Assembly (NCBI GenBank): GCA_003427395.1
Contig: BFEA01000032.1
Coordinates: forward strand, 1,106,316-1,170,315
DNA length: 64,000 bases
Direction of reading: 5' to 3'
Origin: Chara braunii
Taxonomy: Eukaryota > Plantae > Charophyceae
The first letter of the stretch is position 1; each line of letters opens with the position of its first letter. A program made the position numbers and the translations under genes. The notes under the pieces were generated by a model. That model had not been told where the DNA came from. It worked only from the letters and a program-made list of their open reading frames with translations, and searched no databases. Below, one piece after another: positions 12,672 through 26,189 of this stretch.

Positions 12672-14299
12672 TGTTCAACGTTGTGTTCATTCTCGGTTGG
12701 GATCCTTGATTTGTGCGACAGAGGCAGGCGTTTTAAGTCTTTAAGACTTTAACTAAATTTCACTTGAATTATTAGCTTCTCTTGTGCATCGTTCAGTCCA
12801 GTTTGCTGTGAAGTCCTCTCCGAGTCTGCTTTGTCATCTTGCATGCGTACAGGAACATGTTGACCCTTTGATGGACGGTGTTTCAATCAGTCACATAGCA
12901 GCTGGTATGAGAGTCGCAACGAGGTACAATCTGTGAGCGACCTGTTGGCCATCTTCCGGGAGACCGCTGGAGGTGGGGGGGGCGGTATTATGCCATCCTC
13001 AAGCGAGGAAATCCGAGGAAGGAGATGAAAGGTGGTGGGGGGCGAGGAGAGTGAAGTGAAGGGATCGGCTGGAGCAGAGTTCGTGTGGTGCAGGTTTAGT
13101 TTCGAAAAGGTGGCTGTTGGACGAAATTCCACAGGCCGTATTACGTTTTCCATAGGGGCTCCCACACAAAACGATTGCAGCGAAGACTTGACTTTCAATG
13201 TAACACTTCGTTGACGGGTAAGGTAGGTGCCGAGAGGCATTGAGATAAGGGTTTTGTAACTCCAAAATAGCTTCCAGAGTATTTTGGGGATTCCTAACCC
13301 TAAACTTGCACAGGCGCTAGCCTAATTAGGGTTTCATTTAACCTTAATTGGCTGAAGGTCGGGTGTTGAGGATTAAGTTGGCAACAGAGAAAACTGAGGC
13401 AGCTTCTCTTTCTCCGCACTGTTCTGCGTCAGGGAAGAGATTCTTCAAGAGTTTTCGACTGACAATTCGTGAGGGAGGTTTAATTGACGACGTAAGGGAA
13501 AGTCGGTATGGCGGTAGGACTGTTTTGCTATGGCGGCCGACTTCAAGTTTTTGCATGCCGCTGCTATTGCTGGATGAAAATTGGGTTGGCATGACAATTT
13601 CCCACCTACTCATTGTGTACAAACCAGACCAGCGTTGTGCTACGGCCTGATGCTAAGCTACTGCTGTAAATAAAGGTACTATAAGACCTCTGCCCCATTC
13701 GAATAGAGATTTGAATGGCTCGCCGGTTCCAGCATATGCTCTCATCTTTATTATTTTCATTTAAGATTGAGTTTGCAGTGCGCTTTAGGTGTGTTATTGG
13801 ACTCAGGTTCTCTACATGAGCTGGTAAGTACGTAAGTAATCGACATAAATAAAGAGAAGACGTCGCTTCATGTCTTACCATGTTTCGTTTGGTATCCCCA
13901 CCTACGCTTCGTGTTCACCAGTGATCTCCTTTCATGGCTAAATCCAGTGATCTCCTTTCATGACAAGATAAGTCCCCGAAATGAGTTTGTAATTCGAGGT
14001 GTCTTTCATGCATGCTCCACGCATAAAATAAGTCGTGTCCATCTCATTGCGGACATTTGCAACATCCCACTTGACTACGTCAAAGTGGTTAATTTATCCA
14101 GTGACTTGCATGGTTGCCCTCACTAAAAAACAAAAATCTGAACTACGATTCACATTGAGTGAGACTGCTATTGAATTGAATTTTTGTGTCATTATTTCGT
14201 TTTGTTTTTTTTGTATCTCAAATCAAATTTATCCTCGTGAGTTCGTTCCAAAACTACCTACCCACTGTTTTCAGTCAAAAATAGAGTCTAGGTTAAGGA

Positions 14300-15614
14300 T
14301 TCATACTACTTGATTGAAATTTGACATAAAATTGCTTTGTCTAACACCTCTCTCCATTCATCCACTCTGCTTTTTGTTATGCGTTGCAACTCTTCAACTT
14401 GCACTCAATGATTCTATCATAACATCAAAAACTTAGAATTTTGTCCACGTTCTATTTGGATGTCAACCGCTCAGTCCGATTTGCTCGTAGACAAGGGTTT
14501 GCAATCAGTAGGGTCAATTAGAGTTTGAGTGGCTCAGTCTTTGTCGTAAGAAAGTATGAAACTGAAGAGTCTATTTCCTGCAGACTACTGCGATCGGAAC
14601 TAACTAGAAGTTATTGTTTCCCCACTATAAGTGTTTGGTGATTCTACGCTGATCTAGATTGATTGGATATGAAGTTTAGCAAAATTGATAGTCTTTATTA
14701 CGATTTTACGTTTGCTATGTCGTTGAGTAGTTTAGGGTCCAGTGGTTCCATGTTCTTGCTGAAGATTAGTTTGTTGAATGTCGAGGCCAATTATGTATTG
14801 GAGGGTTGCCATATAGTTGTAATATTGCAGGGTTTTCTTTTTGTCGGTATAGTTTTTAATGTTCTACCTGAAGATTCATTACTTGAGAGGTAAAACGGGT
14901 TACGCAATTCGGGACCACTGTGTACTTGTATTGTGACTTGTATCTTTCCATGTCTAGGGGAAGATTCGTTTTGTGCGTAGAGCGAGTCACAGGTTGTGAG
15001 GTTGCCCTGTGTATCTGATCGGAGTTGTGGCACCGCATCTTTCCATGTTCTGAGGGGAAATTCGTTTAGCGAGTGAGCGCACCATGTAAAATGGACTCGA
15101 TCTGAATCGACAGACAACTGACACAAAAAAACAACAAAAAGCTAGATCCCCAAAAAAGAGGAAATTGAGATCCCAGTTGTTCTTTGCTCAAACGACTCGT
15201 CAATAGAACCCAAATTAAGTCTCACTCCAGAAGACCGATTTTACTGTGCGTCGATGGTAGGACTCCAAGATCAAAATAAGCCATACATCCTCCCCTCTGC
15301 TCAAGTCTCATTTCTTGTGAAGATGTATTCAGCGAGGGGTACCCAACTGCACCCTTCTGTGTCCAAGAAAACCTTCACATAGTATTTGCACAATAGAGCT
15401 GTATTTTGGCGCTCTGAATCCAGGAGGGCGAGACCACCTTCCTCCTTTGTATCTGTGAGTTTGTCCCAGACCAACTTGGATATGGATCTTTGATAATCCT
15501 CTGCGTCATGTTTCCAGATAAATCCGGCTGCAGACCTTGTGATACCTTTGACAATGTTCTTACTCATGCGCTTCGCCGATCCAGCGTACCAGAGTTGTGA
15601 AAAGACTATTGCGT
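14300..15614 (-). pseudogene. LINE (L1/Tx1-like) ORF2, post-RT C-terminal part
   Basis: AIVFSQLWYAGS...GFIWK...SKLVWDKLTDTKEEGGLALLD...NTALLCK is the typical L1 'W..l..pk.eGGLGl' region. The left boundary is approximate. Confidence 0.8.
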
Positions 15615-17934
15615 TGTTGAGCGCATCGGTCCGGCACCGCACGTGGCAGCGCGGGACCCTCTCGGTTGCCTCACGCAGGAGTTGGACCAACCTCGTCACG
15701 AACACACGAATGGAGCTTCCTTAGGCCGCTCTGGCCGAGTGTGCCAGCCATACCTCTCGCGAACCCCTACGACAGGATAGGGCCTACGCGAGGCACAACT
15801 TACCTCCACCTTACGGGAGTTGTCACCTCCCTTTGGTGGGCGTATCCCCGCCGAGCTACTAGTCCACAGTACGAAAGCTACTCGGTTGCAGTCGCAGAGG
15901 TGGACCAGTCGAGGGCGTTTCTCGTTCGCTGTAGCATAGGGGGTACGCGCGGTAATACGCCTATCGGACCCGCACGCGAACCGACATCTCAGGGGGGCTG
16001 AGGTCCCAAGCGCGACTCGTCGTCGGTCGACTAGGTCGCATCCCATACACCACGCGCCCGCCACTCTACGAACACACAAAAAAAAAGGAACACACACACA
16101 CAGACATACGAAACGACACAACACAAACCACACGACAATGCTCCTAGCCCCTTCAGTGGTCATCCCATAACTTTCCACTGCGGAAATCGGATAGGCGTCG
16201 CGCGCGAGACTTAGTATAAAACCGCGCAGACGGAGGGCCTACTCATATCGACTAGCAATGCAAGCGCACGCTAACAGTCGCGATGATGGCGTGCTATGTG
16301 GTACCCATACTCGCGCGGCCCTCGTTACTCTCAGGGGTCGCGTTCGACACTTAATTGTCGGCTGACACACACCTTGAGGATTAATCTCTCGACGCCGGAC
16401 AACCGTCATGCATGGTTGAAGACCACACACCCTCTTCTGCACCTTATGTAGAGCGGGTGGTACACAGGTCCATACCTGTGGTGGCAGTCGTTTCTTGCGA
16501 CCCTGGGGGTAACTCCTACTCCAGGCCTGGGCGAAAGTCAAGGGGTTTGACTTTGACGGCTGCCACGAACTAGAACGTCCAACCATGATAATCCCTAAAA
16601 AGCAACCAAAACACAAAAACAGGATGGGGTGAAGGTCCCTTACTTCAAAAGAAATCACGACCTTGGGGTACCCTCCCCTCTTCGGGTGATGCCAGTGGCC
16701 TACAATAATCCCAGGCATTGCGCCTGCGTGCGTGCCCGACGATCCTAGAACCTTTAGACGTTGGGCCGGCGAAACGTCGCGCGCAGAACTTTAACATAAA
16801 GCCGCGTGGCTACGAGCCAGTCCCATACCAACCAACGATGTCAGTCGTAAGTGGTAATCGCGGCTCCGGCCTCGCGATATTGAATGGCTGAAGGAATATA
16901 TCACGAGGGGTCACCCTTCACGATATTGAGCGGCTGAAGGATACGCCGTTCGGCCCTCGTGACATTTCCGCCTTCAGGGTGGGGTGCCTCGACGACCAGT
17001 GCAGATAGGCCCTGTACGAGGGGAAATTCCTCCCCGGGAGAGTCTAGGGTTTGGGATGTCCTGGACAAGGACCTTGAATCTCGGCCCAGGACCAACGTCC
17101 GACTAAGGAACCCCCAAGAAGCAAACAGGCTAAAGGGAAGGTCTTCCCTATGCCTCTCAATCTCAACCTTTAAGCAGGTTGTTAACATGGGGCCCCTCAG
17201 GCCACGCGAGCATTCATCGTAAGTGCACCCACACATATATGCACAAGGGAGATAGAGTTGCGATGATCACTGCTCACAGGCACAGTGAGACTCCTCACAA
17301 CCATATGTGTGTATATGGGACCGCAGGCAATCCGAATCCAAAATCCGAGCTGCAAGACATACATGCAATCACATCAAGATTTGAACGACAAAACATGCAC
17401 TACATGGAGTCAACCCCAACCAATCTCCGCACTCATACCCGTTGCTTTAGCCATGCAANCCCCAATCTCCTGTCCAACCAACCATAATTAAATACTGTGT
17501 ACCTTTGTCAAATGGTCATTCAATAAAAGTCCGGGCGAAACCCTCAACAAACAATAAAGTCACCAGGGCTAAAGCCTTTTAGGTTGGGTATGGAGAGTGA
17601 GTTGGAATTCAGTCTAGACCGACGAATCGACAATCGACCTGTTATCTGTGATAACAGAAGGTGATCCTCAAGGGATCAAGCTGACTCTAATCCCGATCCT
17701 AAATCGAACGACCAAGAGGACCTGCAACACAAAACAGACCAATTCCCAAGCTAAACCTATAAATCCTTGGAGGGTAACCACAATCTTGCTTCAAAAACCT
17801 ACCTAACTAACAAAGCCTAAATTTATCCTTAAGTCGTGCCCAAAGCAAAAGAAGCCTTAGCAAAACCTCCTCTATCCAGGGTGGGTCGCAAGGTCGCCAC
17901 CTGTTAAAATATAATCTATCTCTTCCAAACTAAG

Positions 17935-18240
17935 AAAATTTCGGCAGCGCTTTCCGTAGGGAAAGTGTTTTCTCAAAATTTATACAAGGCTAAGTTTAAA
18001 ACTTGAGACTAACCTTGATTTCTCAAGGTCCAATTTTGTCTAACTCCCTGAATTAACAAAAATTTGGGCAACACTCCCTTTAGAAAATGACACTTTTCAA
18101 ATTCTTACTAAGTCAGTTATATAGAAAAGACAAGTTGAACTTTGATAAGTCAAAATTTGTCTAACTCCTTGAACCTGTAGAAATTTCGGCAGCGCTTCCC
18201 GTAGAGAAAGTGGCTTACCAAAATTTATACAAGTCCAAGT
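17935..18240. repeat. Alternating repeat of about 120 bp inside copy 1 (aaatttcggcagcgcttcc / aaatttgggcaacactccc)
   Basis: Three units. The homologous array in copy 2 (33740-34290) has five. Confidence 0.8.
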
Positions 18241-18525
18241 ATGACAGTGAGCCTCAGAAAATGCAAGCACTAATCTAAGCAAAATAAAGTCAACCCAGAA
18301 AATGTAGGAATTGAACTAACTCCTATTGCTCTAGCACGTGGCGAGCCTCTAAAGCAACTACCTGTCAACCAAAGCCCCAGACCAAGTAGTAATCTCACTC
18401 AGCCACATGCAGGCCAAACCACAAACTTAAGGTAAGTACTCTCGCCAACCCCAAGCTCCTTAACAAACAATAGTTCCTGTTCCCTCTGTGAGTTATCCCT
18501 TTATACCCCACTTACATAAGGCATA

Positions 18526-19460
18526 GGTCAGGCCACCTGAACTTACAAAGCGCGCCCAACTTAGCCAGGCCTAAAGTCAGGATACCTAAACTAATAGAGC
18601 GTCCTGACTTAGCCAAGTATACACAAAACAGAGGGCACAACTACTTCACTCTTCTTTGGGCATATGACTAGACCACTCTAGTCGCCCTTAATTGTTTAAA
18701 TAGCCAAGTTGTATATATCTCTCTGAACTTAGCCTTCAAGGTGGACATAAGGCTGAGCCGCTCAACTTAGAACATTGCTCAGCCTGCCCAAGTTTACCTT
18801 CAGTTATACCTCTTAGCTATACTCTCTTCAATTGTGATAAGCTATAGCCAGGCTACCTAAACTTATAGAGTGGCCTGACTAGCCTGTTCTCAATAGCATA
18901 GTAATATAATATAACCAAATTATAACCATTAGGTTCCAACATGCGCGAGGCATTGGGTCAGACTACCTAAACTTATAGAGCGGTTTGATCCTCTGCCAAG
19001 TTCATTCCTCCGTGATCCAGTCTGTGCGAGGCAGTAGGCCAGGCTACCTAAACTTATAGAGCGGTCTGCCCCCTGCCAGAATTACTCCCTCAGAACGAAA
19101 CAGGAGAAGGGTTGAACCACCTAAACTTATAGAGCGGTTCAGACCTCCTCGTTCAAAATCAACGAAACTGGCAGAACTCCCAAATAAACAAGGCGACCCA
19201 AGGCACCTAAACTTATAGAGCGTCTTGGGACATGACAATCACTCACAGTCAAACCCTCACAAGTTAGAGCAGTCAGGTCACCTAAACTTATAAAGCGCCC
19301 TGACTCTCCATACAGTTCACAGCACTTGGTTTCCCCAAACTCATGGGGACATCCCAGCCTCCAGAGCTTCAGGCTACCTAAACTTATAGAGCGGCCTGAT
19401 GTTCCATGCAAATCAAAATAAACAAAGGGCTGGACTTCCCCAAACTTATAGGGACCTCCC
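18526..19460 (+). repeat. Spaced stem-loop array, conserved loop ACCTAAACTTATAGAGCG
   Basis: Core at about 18535, 18584, 18855, 18965, 19046, 19119, 19205, 19280 and 19376, plus a degenerate copy near 19438. Most copies are closed by a different complementary stem, and the spacers are unique. Confidence 0.9.
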
Positions 19461-22400
19461 AATCTCAACGACCCAATCAGACTACACACAATACTGCCTT
19501 CCTCCCAACCTTTCCCCAGATGCAACACCTTCCGTTCACAATCTGCTTTCAGGCAACCAAACAAAGTCTGAACTGAACTTACACACACATTCCTTTATTT
19601 CAGTCTGAGTTCACATCCTGAAAGTCAAACCAACCAGAATACAGGATTCACATCATACACTCAGTCAAACATTGAAAGGTTACAGATAGGGGTTATAGAT
19701 GGGTTTATAGAAGTCGTCAGGGAGTTACCACTCAGTTCCCTGCCTCCAGGACTCCGCATGAGTCCCGGCAGAGCTCCCACAATCGGTGGGGCAAACCTCC
19801 CACAAGGCCTTGGCGCGGATTACGGGCCATATGCCCGCCTGCAGCCTTCCTCTCAGAACCCAAGGGATTTAGACTTAGAGCAAGGAAGGCAGGGTGAGAA
19901 GGTGTGGGACTCTCAAACTCAAGAGGGGTACACTCAAGCTAGCTCGAGAGGGTCTTCAAGTCCTCAGTGCCTGAAGGCCCCAGAATGGTGGCCAAAGCAG
20001 CAGCAGCTCGGCCAACCTGTAGTCCAACCGCTGAGTCTGACTCCCCTGACGAACTCTCAGATCCGTAAAGATGACCTCCTTTCACAGCCGCTTCGCCTCG
20101 CTGCAGCAGCAGTCCTTCCTTATAGTTCAACTACCCCACCGTACACTATAGCACCGCCCTCCTCTGCGAAGAAACACTGCAATTCACATGAATGCGAGTT
20201 GGGCAGATCGTCGTATACAGCCGCAAGCCGTTACGGTATTCAGCAGCACCTGTAGCATTCCCAGCAGCGGCAGTAACTGACACAATGCGCCCACCCAGAG
20301 GCTGTAGTCAATGCTACGCCAGTAGCTTCACCGACCGAGCACAGCCCTGCCCTCTTCTTTAAGCCCAAACACCGCAATAAAGTGTTCTGGGAACATCCGC
20401 ATCAATTAGCAGCAACCAGTGACCAGCAGGGCGGCAAGCCAATTTGCAGCCCACCCGTCTTCAACGGTCGCGCCCAGGGTGGTGCAGCAGCCTAGAGTAA
20501 GCCCGATGATCCTGCCGCAGCAATATGGCAATTGGCCAGACTGTTGATGCTTGCAGTCAACGGTGGCGGCCCTGCCGCAGCCGATAGTCAATGCTGTAGT
20601 GGCTAGTAAGTGCCACTGCAGCAGCCAGCAACTTCGCAGTCTACAGCAAGACACAATGATCCCAGCAGCACAGTCGTCGAGGCAAGCACGAAGCCCGTAG
20701 TACACAAACAGCAAGGCTGCTGTAACTTGCCACCTTCTTGGTCTCCAAGCTTGTGGCCCGCCTGCAGTTGCCCGGCTCAATACACAGGTCGTGCAGGGCT
20801 TGGTTTTCGATACCGGTATATGACCACTAGCGATCAGCAACAGACGGTGAGCCGGGTCTGGTACCCATGATGAAGGTCAACTAGACCCTCGACTCCCGCA
20901 AGCGAGAAGGACCAACCTAGTTGGGTACCCGAACGACCATCGGGGGGAGAGGGGGGGTAAACCTCAGTCACAGAACAGACGAACAGCGCCCCGTCAGTGG
21001 TGAGTAACAACGCCCTGAACCCATGAAACGGGCACAGCGATCCTGACATGCGAACGCCCTTGGCCGTAGGCAAGCCTCCAACCCGCGAATGCATTCCCGC
21101 TAGTTGTCTCGACGGAATACGAAACACTGAATGAATCCATCCACATATGTAGTTAGGTTCATCCCCTCACCGCCAGTTTCGAAGGTACGCGCCCGCTCCC
21201 TCCTCACTCGTGCGGATGCTACTCGCCCGATCAAGCGCCGGCTAACAGGTAGGTCTCCAACACCTCGGCCGGCCCCAGGCCAATTCCGTCGATGCTGTGA
21301 GCCATTCGAATGAATCTCCCGCTAGGCTGCGGCCAGATACACTCACACTCGTAAGACTATCCCCGCAGCCTCACTCTCTATTAACTCCTAATCTACTGTC
21401 CTATTGCGAAATCTAACTCTACCATCACGTCCGTGCCGCCCCAAAACCCCGAACTTGCACCTTCCTCCACCCGTCTTCGTCAAGGAACGGGGGAGTTACC
21501 CCCTTTCTCGCTCACCACTCCCGCCGTCCGCCATAGCCCCGGCGCACTAAGTCTCTCTGCTAGTCTCGTTCTACTAACTCACTAACTATTCCGACTACAT
21601 TGCTGAACTCGCCCACCCCCAGAACGGTAGGAGCGCCCTTTTCCCCGACTGATTTCATCCATAGTCGAGTACAAATCACTCGTTTCTACTTCTCCCACTC
21701 CCTGTTTTCTTCAAATGTACCTGGCGCAGAACTGCGCCCCGATTCAACCGCCCCTTCCTCTGTGCCCTCCACTCTCCTGCATCCGCGCGCTGCTGCCGCA
21801 GTTAGCGTAGCGCCCGTCTCCCCCTTCGATCGTGCGTGCCATCCCTCCGGTCCGCTTCTGCCCGTTCCGTGGTTCAACTCCACCCCGTCCCTTCTGCGCT
21901 AGCGCCCGCCATGAGCTGGCCAGGCCCGCCGCCCCTGCGATTTACTGTTCGCCTCCTAACGCACCTTGCACCCGATACCGCCTAAATTCACCCACTGCTC
22001 TCCCCTCTGCTGTCTTCCCTTCACCTCCTTCGTTTTTGTCTTCCTCCCCGACTCCCTGTTGTCGTCAGTCAAAACCCGTATCCCGTCGTCACGCAACGCA
22101 CTCGCGGACGCCACGAGAGTTCAGCGAGGCAAACATCCGAAACAGGGAGCCACGCCCCAACTTTATACGCGCCGGCCCTACGCAGGGGCCGCGCTAAGCT
22201 TCTCTGCATCATTCCAATTTTAACGGACGTCCCGAAGGACTGCGGCCGGGGCGATGCCCCGCCGCGATCCCAAAAGTCACTCGGCCCCCTTTTTGCTCGT
22301 ACGTCCCCGGCCAGATCTGCGCCCGGGTTCATCCCGGATCTATGCACATCACCTTTGTGCAGTCGGCCATGCAGATCTTTTCTGCATCGTTCCGATTCTA

Positions 22401-23571
22401 GCGGGTACCTCGTAGGATCTGCGCGAGGCAGTGGCCCATAACACCACCAAGGCCATACAACCTCCCTCTACCCACGCCCGGCCCGTTTTGCGTCCGGGTT
22501 CACTCCCGGATTCGCACATATCCCCTGGGCTGCATATGCCATCCCTTCACGAGGCAGTCACGCCAATCCTTGCTGTACCATGACAAGTTTTAATGGATAT
22601 TACGAAGGGCCTGCCCACGGCCGTGCCCCGCGGCAGTTCAAATTCCACTCGGCCTTGCCACCGGGCCTGCTGACGGGGGAAACACCACCCTTAGGCAGGC
22701 CTGGACACCCCGCCCCTGCCCCGGGCTCGGACTCTGCCCGTATTTCAACAGTCCATGACTGTGCTTCCCGCTCTAAGCCCATGGTTCGACAGCCCGGACT
22801 CGGGGCCGGCGTCGGAACCTTAGCGGGGTCCGTGAATAACGGCAGGGGACAGAACGGCGGTATAACTTAAAGTGAAACCCAAAAATAGAGGGAATACTAC
22901 AAAACTTTCGGCCGCGCATGGGTCCTGCTGACGCTCCTCTGGCCCTGCAGCACGGGCCCGTGATCGGACTTTCTCAATAAAACGAAAGGGGGATAGTCCC
23001 ACAGGACCCTCAACCCCTTCGCCCCTCGCTGCTCCGTCGCTCCCACGCCACCGTCCGCTGGTCTCAAGCCTCGAACCTTCGTCTTACGACCCCGACACCG
23101 TAACCAATAGGGCTAAGCCCAAGCCTGTGACCTGCTGGCGCGGCTTCCCATATAAAACGGCACTGCGCGGCGCTTCGGGCCAAGATACCGCCTCGGCCAC
23201 CCTTTCAGCCACATCCGTACCCACGGCCCCTAGGTGCCCACGCCGGCCTACCTCCCCGCGTCGTGGCCGCCCCGTGCACCTACCGGCACGTAAGTCCCAC
23301 CGTCGGTCGCGCGCGCCGACCAAAGGCGGTCCTTCATCCCCTAACCAAGCCCGTAACACGATCCGGGTCGGCCGGCTACCCCGGCCGCCCACTCAATCAG
23401 AAAGATCACATGCGCGCCTTAAAATTGCGCGCCCACATGCTCCCTACTGGGACAAGGCAACCAACCCTCAGACACGGTCGGACCTCACACGACTTAGTCG
23501 GACCAAGCCCATTGTTCCTGTCATGTGCAAAAACCAGGGCGAATACCCTTGTAAGGGTATTTGTGCCGACA

Positions 23572-26184
23572 TCGTTGAGGATCAACACTCTCCCGAAGAG
23601 CGACAGATCGTAGACATTCTTCCAGTTTTGAATCCGTCATTCCACCTACTCCACCAAGAGTCTATCCTGCACATCGCCGCAGTTCTTAAGAAAAACTTGA
23701 ACTCCTAGAAACATTTCAGAATAATTCGGGAGAATCTTCTTCATTCCTAAATCCACACAATAAAGAACTGATTAGGTAAAAAAAAAACTGATTTTACCGA
23801 ATTTATATGTGCCTCACATAGTTCACAATACACTCCTAAGGTATTTTTACTGCCGTCAAGGATTTTACTATGTTTTATGTTACAATTGTCAAATCGTCTG
23901 CTAATGCACTACCCTTGAACAGGATATGGCCGCACAATCTTAAACCTTATATCTGGGGGGTTTTCCTAACATTGTTTAGCAAAACATTCATTTGTAGGAC
24001 GAACAAAACTGATGCCAACAGACAACCTTGACTCAATGAATGTTTCAGAGGAAACGCAACGAAAATTTTTCGATTGATCATAATTGAGGTTGTGGAATGG
24101 AAGTAAATTGCTTTCATTAATATACGAACCTGTGAACTACTTCTCATATGCCTCGGTGTGGTTAGAACTTGCGTAGCACAGCGAACGTGTTCGTGCCCCC
24201 TCACGTTCGCGCAAACAGCTCGCGAACATGTTCGGACGAACATATTTTTATTTCGTAAAAAAAAAAAATAATAAAAAAAAATTCGGTTTTTGATTTTTAA
24301 CTCATGATTGGCTTCGAACTTGAACATGAATCCAAGGCGAAAATTGCTTGGATTATTATTTTACATAACATATATTTTGTCAGATGTTTCTGAGATATAT
24401 TTTTTTTTTTAATATTTTTTTTTTTCACGTTCGGAGGGTTTTGGGCGCTTGTTCGTGTTCGGGCGAACATGTTCGCGTTCGCCTCTGAACGCGAACACGG
24501 TGCTATGTAGGTTAGAACAAAGTCCAACTCACTCAATCACAAGCTTTCTCTTGATTAAGAAGGGAAACTGTCATGTCGATATTTTCCTCGGCGATTACTT
24601 CCATTGACTCAACGACAGTTACAATATTGTCTAGAATGAACCTATCTTTGACAAAGACTCCCTAATATATTCCCGCTAGCTCCGGCAAGTAGTCAGCAAT
24701 TCTGAAGGCCAAATTTTTAGCCAAGAGTTTATACACAGTGTTTAAAAGGGAGATGAGGCGCCAATTACGAATATTGTTTTTGTCCTTTTTTTTTAACAAA
24801 AATGCGCCAATCCCTTTGGTCATACAAATAGACGATTTCGTTCCTAATAACACCTCATAATATATAGTAACCAAGTAAGGACAAAGCAGGTTTCAAGAAA
24901 AGAATGTAAGAAATTTATGGATAAACCATCCTCGCCTGATGTTTTCCCCTCTGCCATTTGGCTAGCGACGTGTGTGAATTCCTCCTCGGTGATTGCTCTG
25001 TTGAGAGTCAGACGTCCTTGGTTGGAGATTCTGGCTTCCGTGTTGACCCATAAGGAGGATGAATCATTTAGATTACTGTCAGCCTCATCCGCTGGTCTTT
25101 GAGAAGTCAAAGTATCTCTGAAGTTCACGCATATATGTTCGCACATTCCGTTAATCTCTACAGTTTTCCGTAGGTTGGGGTCAAAAGGGTGTGCAAGTTC
25201 TTTCATGATTCTGTGTTGAGAGGTCTGATGATTAACTAATGCGAATGTTTTTTTGGACATTCTATCAAGTTTTTCCATGCCCTTTGTCTTGCACCTCTCC
25301 TGCCATGTTTTTTCCTTGTTCAGTTGGATGGCTTCTCATTTTTCGAGCCACTAGACATGTTCCCTTGCCCATAAAATGTATGAGATGGGATAAGCGCTCA
25401 TTGGCTTTTTAATCTTCCTTTTACAAACTTGTTCTTCTTTATTTACAAAGAAAGCTTTCACAATTGAGAGAACGACTAGAACTTTGGAGATAATCATGAG
25501 TCCCGTTGTTAGTCACTCACCTTAAATTGAAAATTAATCTTTGGTTGACTGTCAAACCTCATTTTATTGTTGGATTCATGTGATTACATCAGGGTCCTTC
25601 AAGTTCTCCACATTTAATCTAAAAACACTTATTTCTTCATCGCAATATGCATCGATTAATTGTTGCCCCTCTAGGAACGCCAACAATAGTTTTGTATCAT
25701 AGTGGATCGGTCTAACCTCCTAAATATCGATGGTTGGGTTCAACACCGCGTTCCAGTTACGAACCATGACCAAATTGTCCACGTCAGGTACAACATCAAC
25801 TAAGTCTGCAAAGAAACGAAGCCTTTCTCGTTGTTCCGAGGGAGAATCTACGCTCATGAAGGCCCACATTCCATCCGTTATTATGCCTTTAACCCAAACC
25901 CAATATCCCCAATTATCAAAATATTCATCTACCAACTCAAAATTTAACTCCCTATCAATTAGGATTGTTGTCCCCCGTTTGGTACCCTCCGCCGGGACCC
26001 ACAATTGTGGCTCATCCCACCACCGACCAAACTTTGCAACTGTCCGCGAGCCTAGCTTGGTTTCATGTAGGCTGATCTGGAGCCGTTGCGAATGTATCCA
26101 AGATTTCAGTCTGCCGTGTCTGTCCTTCCTAGTTTTGTCCACTAGGCCCCTAACATTCCAAGACTCAACCGAGATGTTATTCAT
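23572..26184 (-). pseudogene. LINE (L1/Tx1-like) ORF2: APE endonuclease and reverse transcriptase, decayed
   Basis: Endonuclease motifs SWNVRGL and LHETKL. RT motifs GKTSGEDGL, NWRLISLLNTVYKLLAK, SLSQGCLLASVLF and ALADD. Many stops and frameshifts; interrupted by a MITE. Confidence 0.9.
24169..24510. mobile_element. MITE with 8-bp TSD (hAT-like) inserted in the LINE RT
   Basis: TSD gttagaac at 24161-24168 and 24511-24518. Imperfect TIR ttgcgtagcac/gtgctatgtag, many subterminal gcgaac/gttcgc motifs and an AT-rich core. Confidence 0.85.
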
Positions 26185-26189
26185 GAGAC

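Larger units (their letters stand above)
15615..23571. mobile_element. Giant non-coding TG...CA element (solo-LTR-like), copy 1, 7957 bp
   Basis: Starts tgttgagcgcatcggtccg and ends aatacccttgtaagggtatttgtgccgaca. The 4-bp TSD is gcgt/tcgt (one mismatch). Removing the element restores the LINE frame GRVLILNAIVFSQLWY. It is collinear with 32048-39154. Confidence 0.88.

Noticed and set aside
18526-19460. True CRISPR array (also 34538-35228)
   Set aside because: Spacers are irregular (about 30-250 bp), repeat flanks vary, there are no cas genes and the context is eukaryotic TE DNA. Reported instead as stem-loop arrays.
15615-23571. Helitron interpretation of the giant elements
   Set aside because: They have TG...CA ends and TSDs rather than TC...CTRR ends inserted in AT without a TSD.
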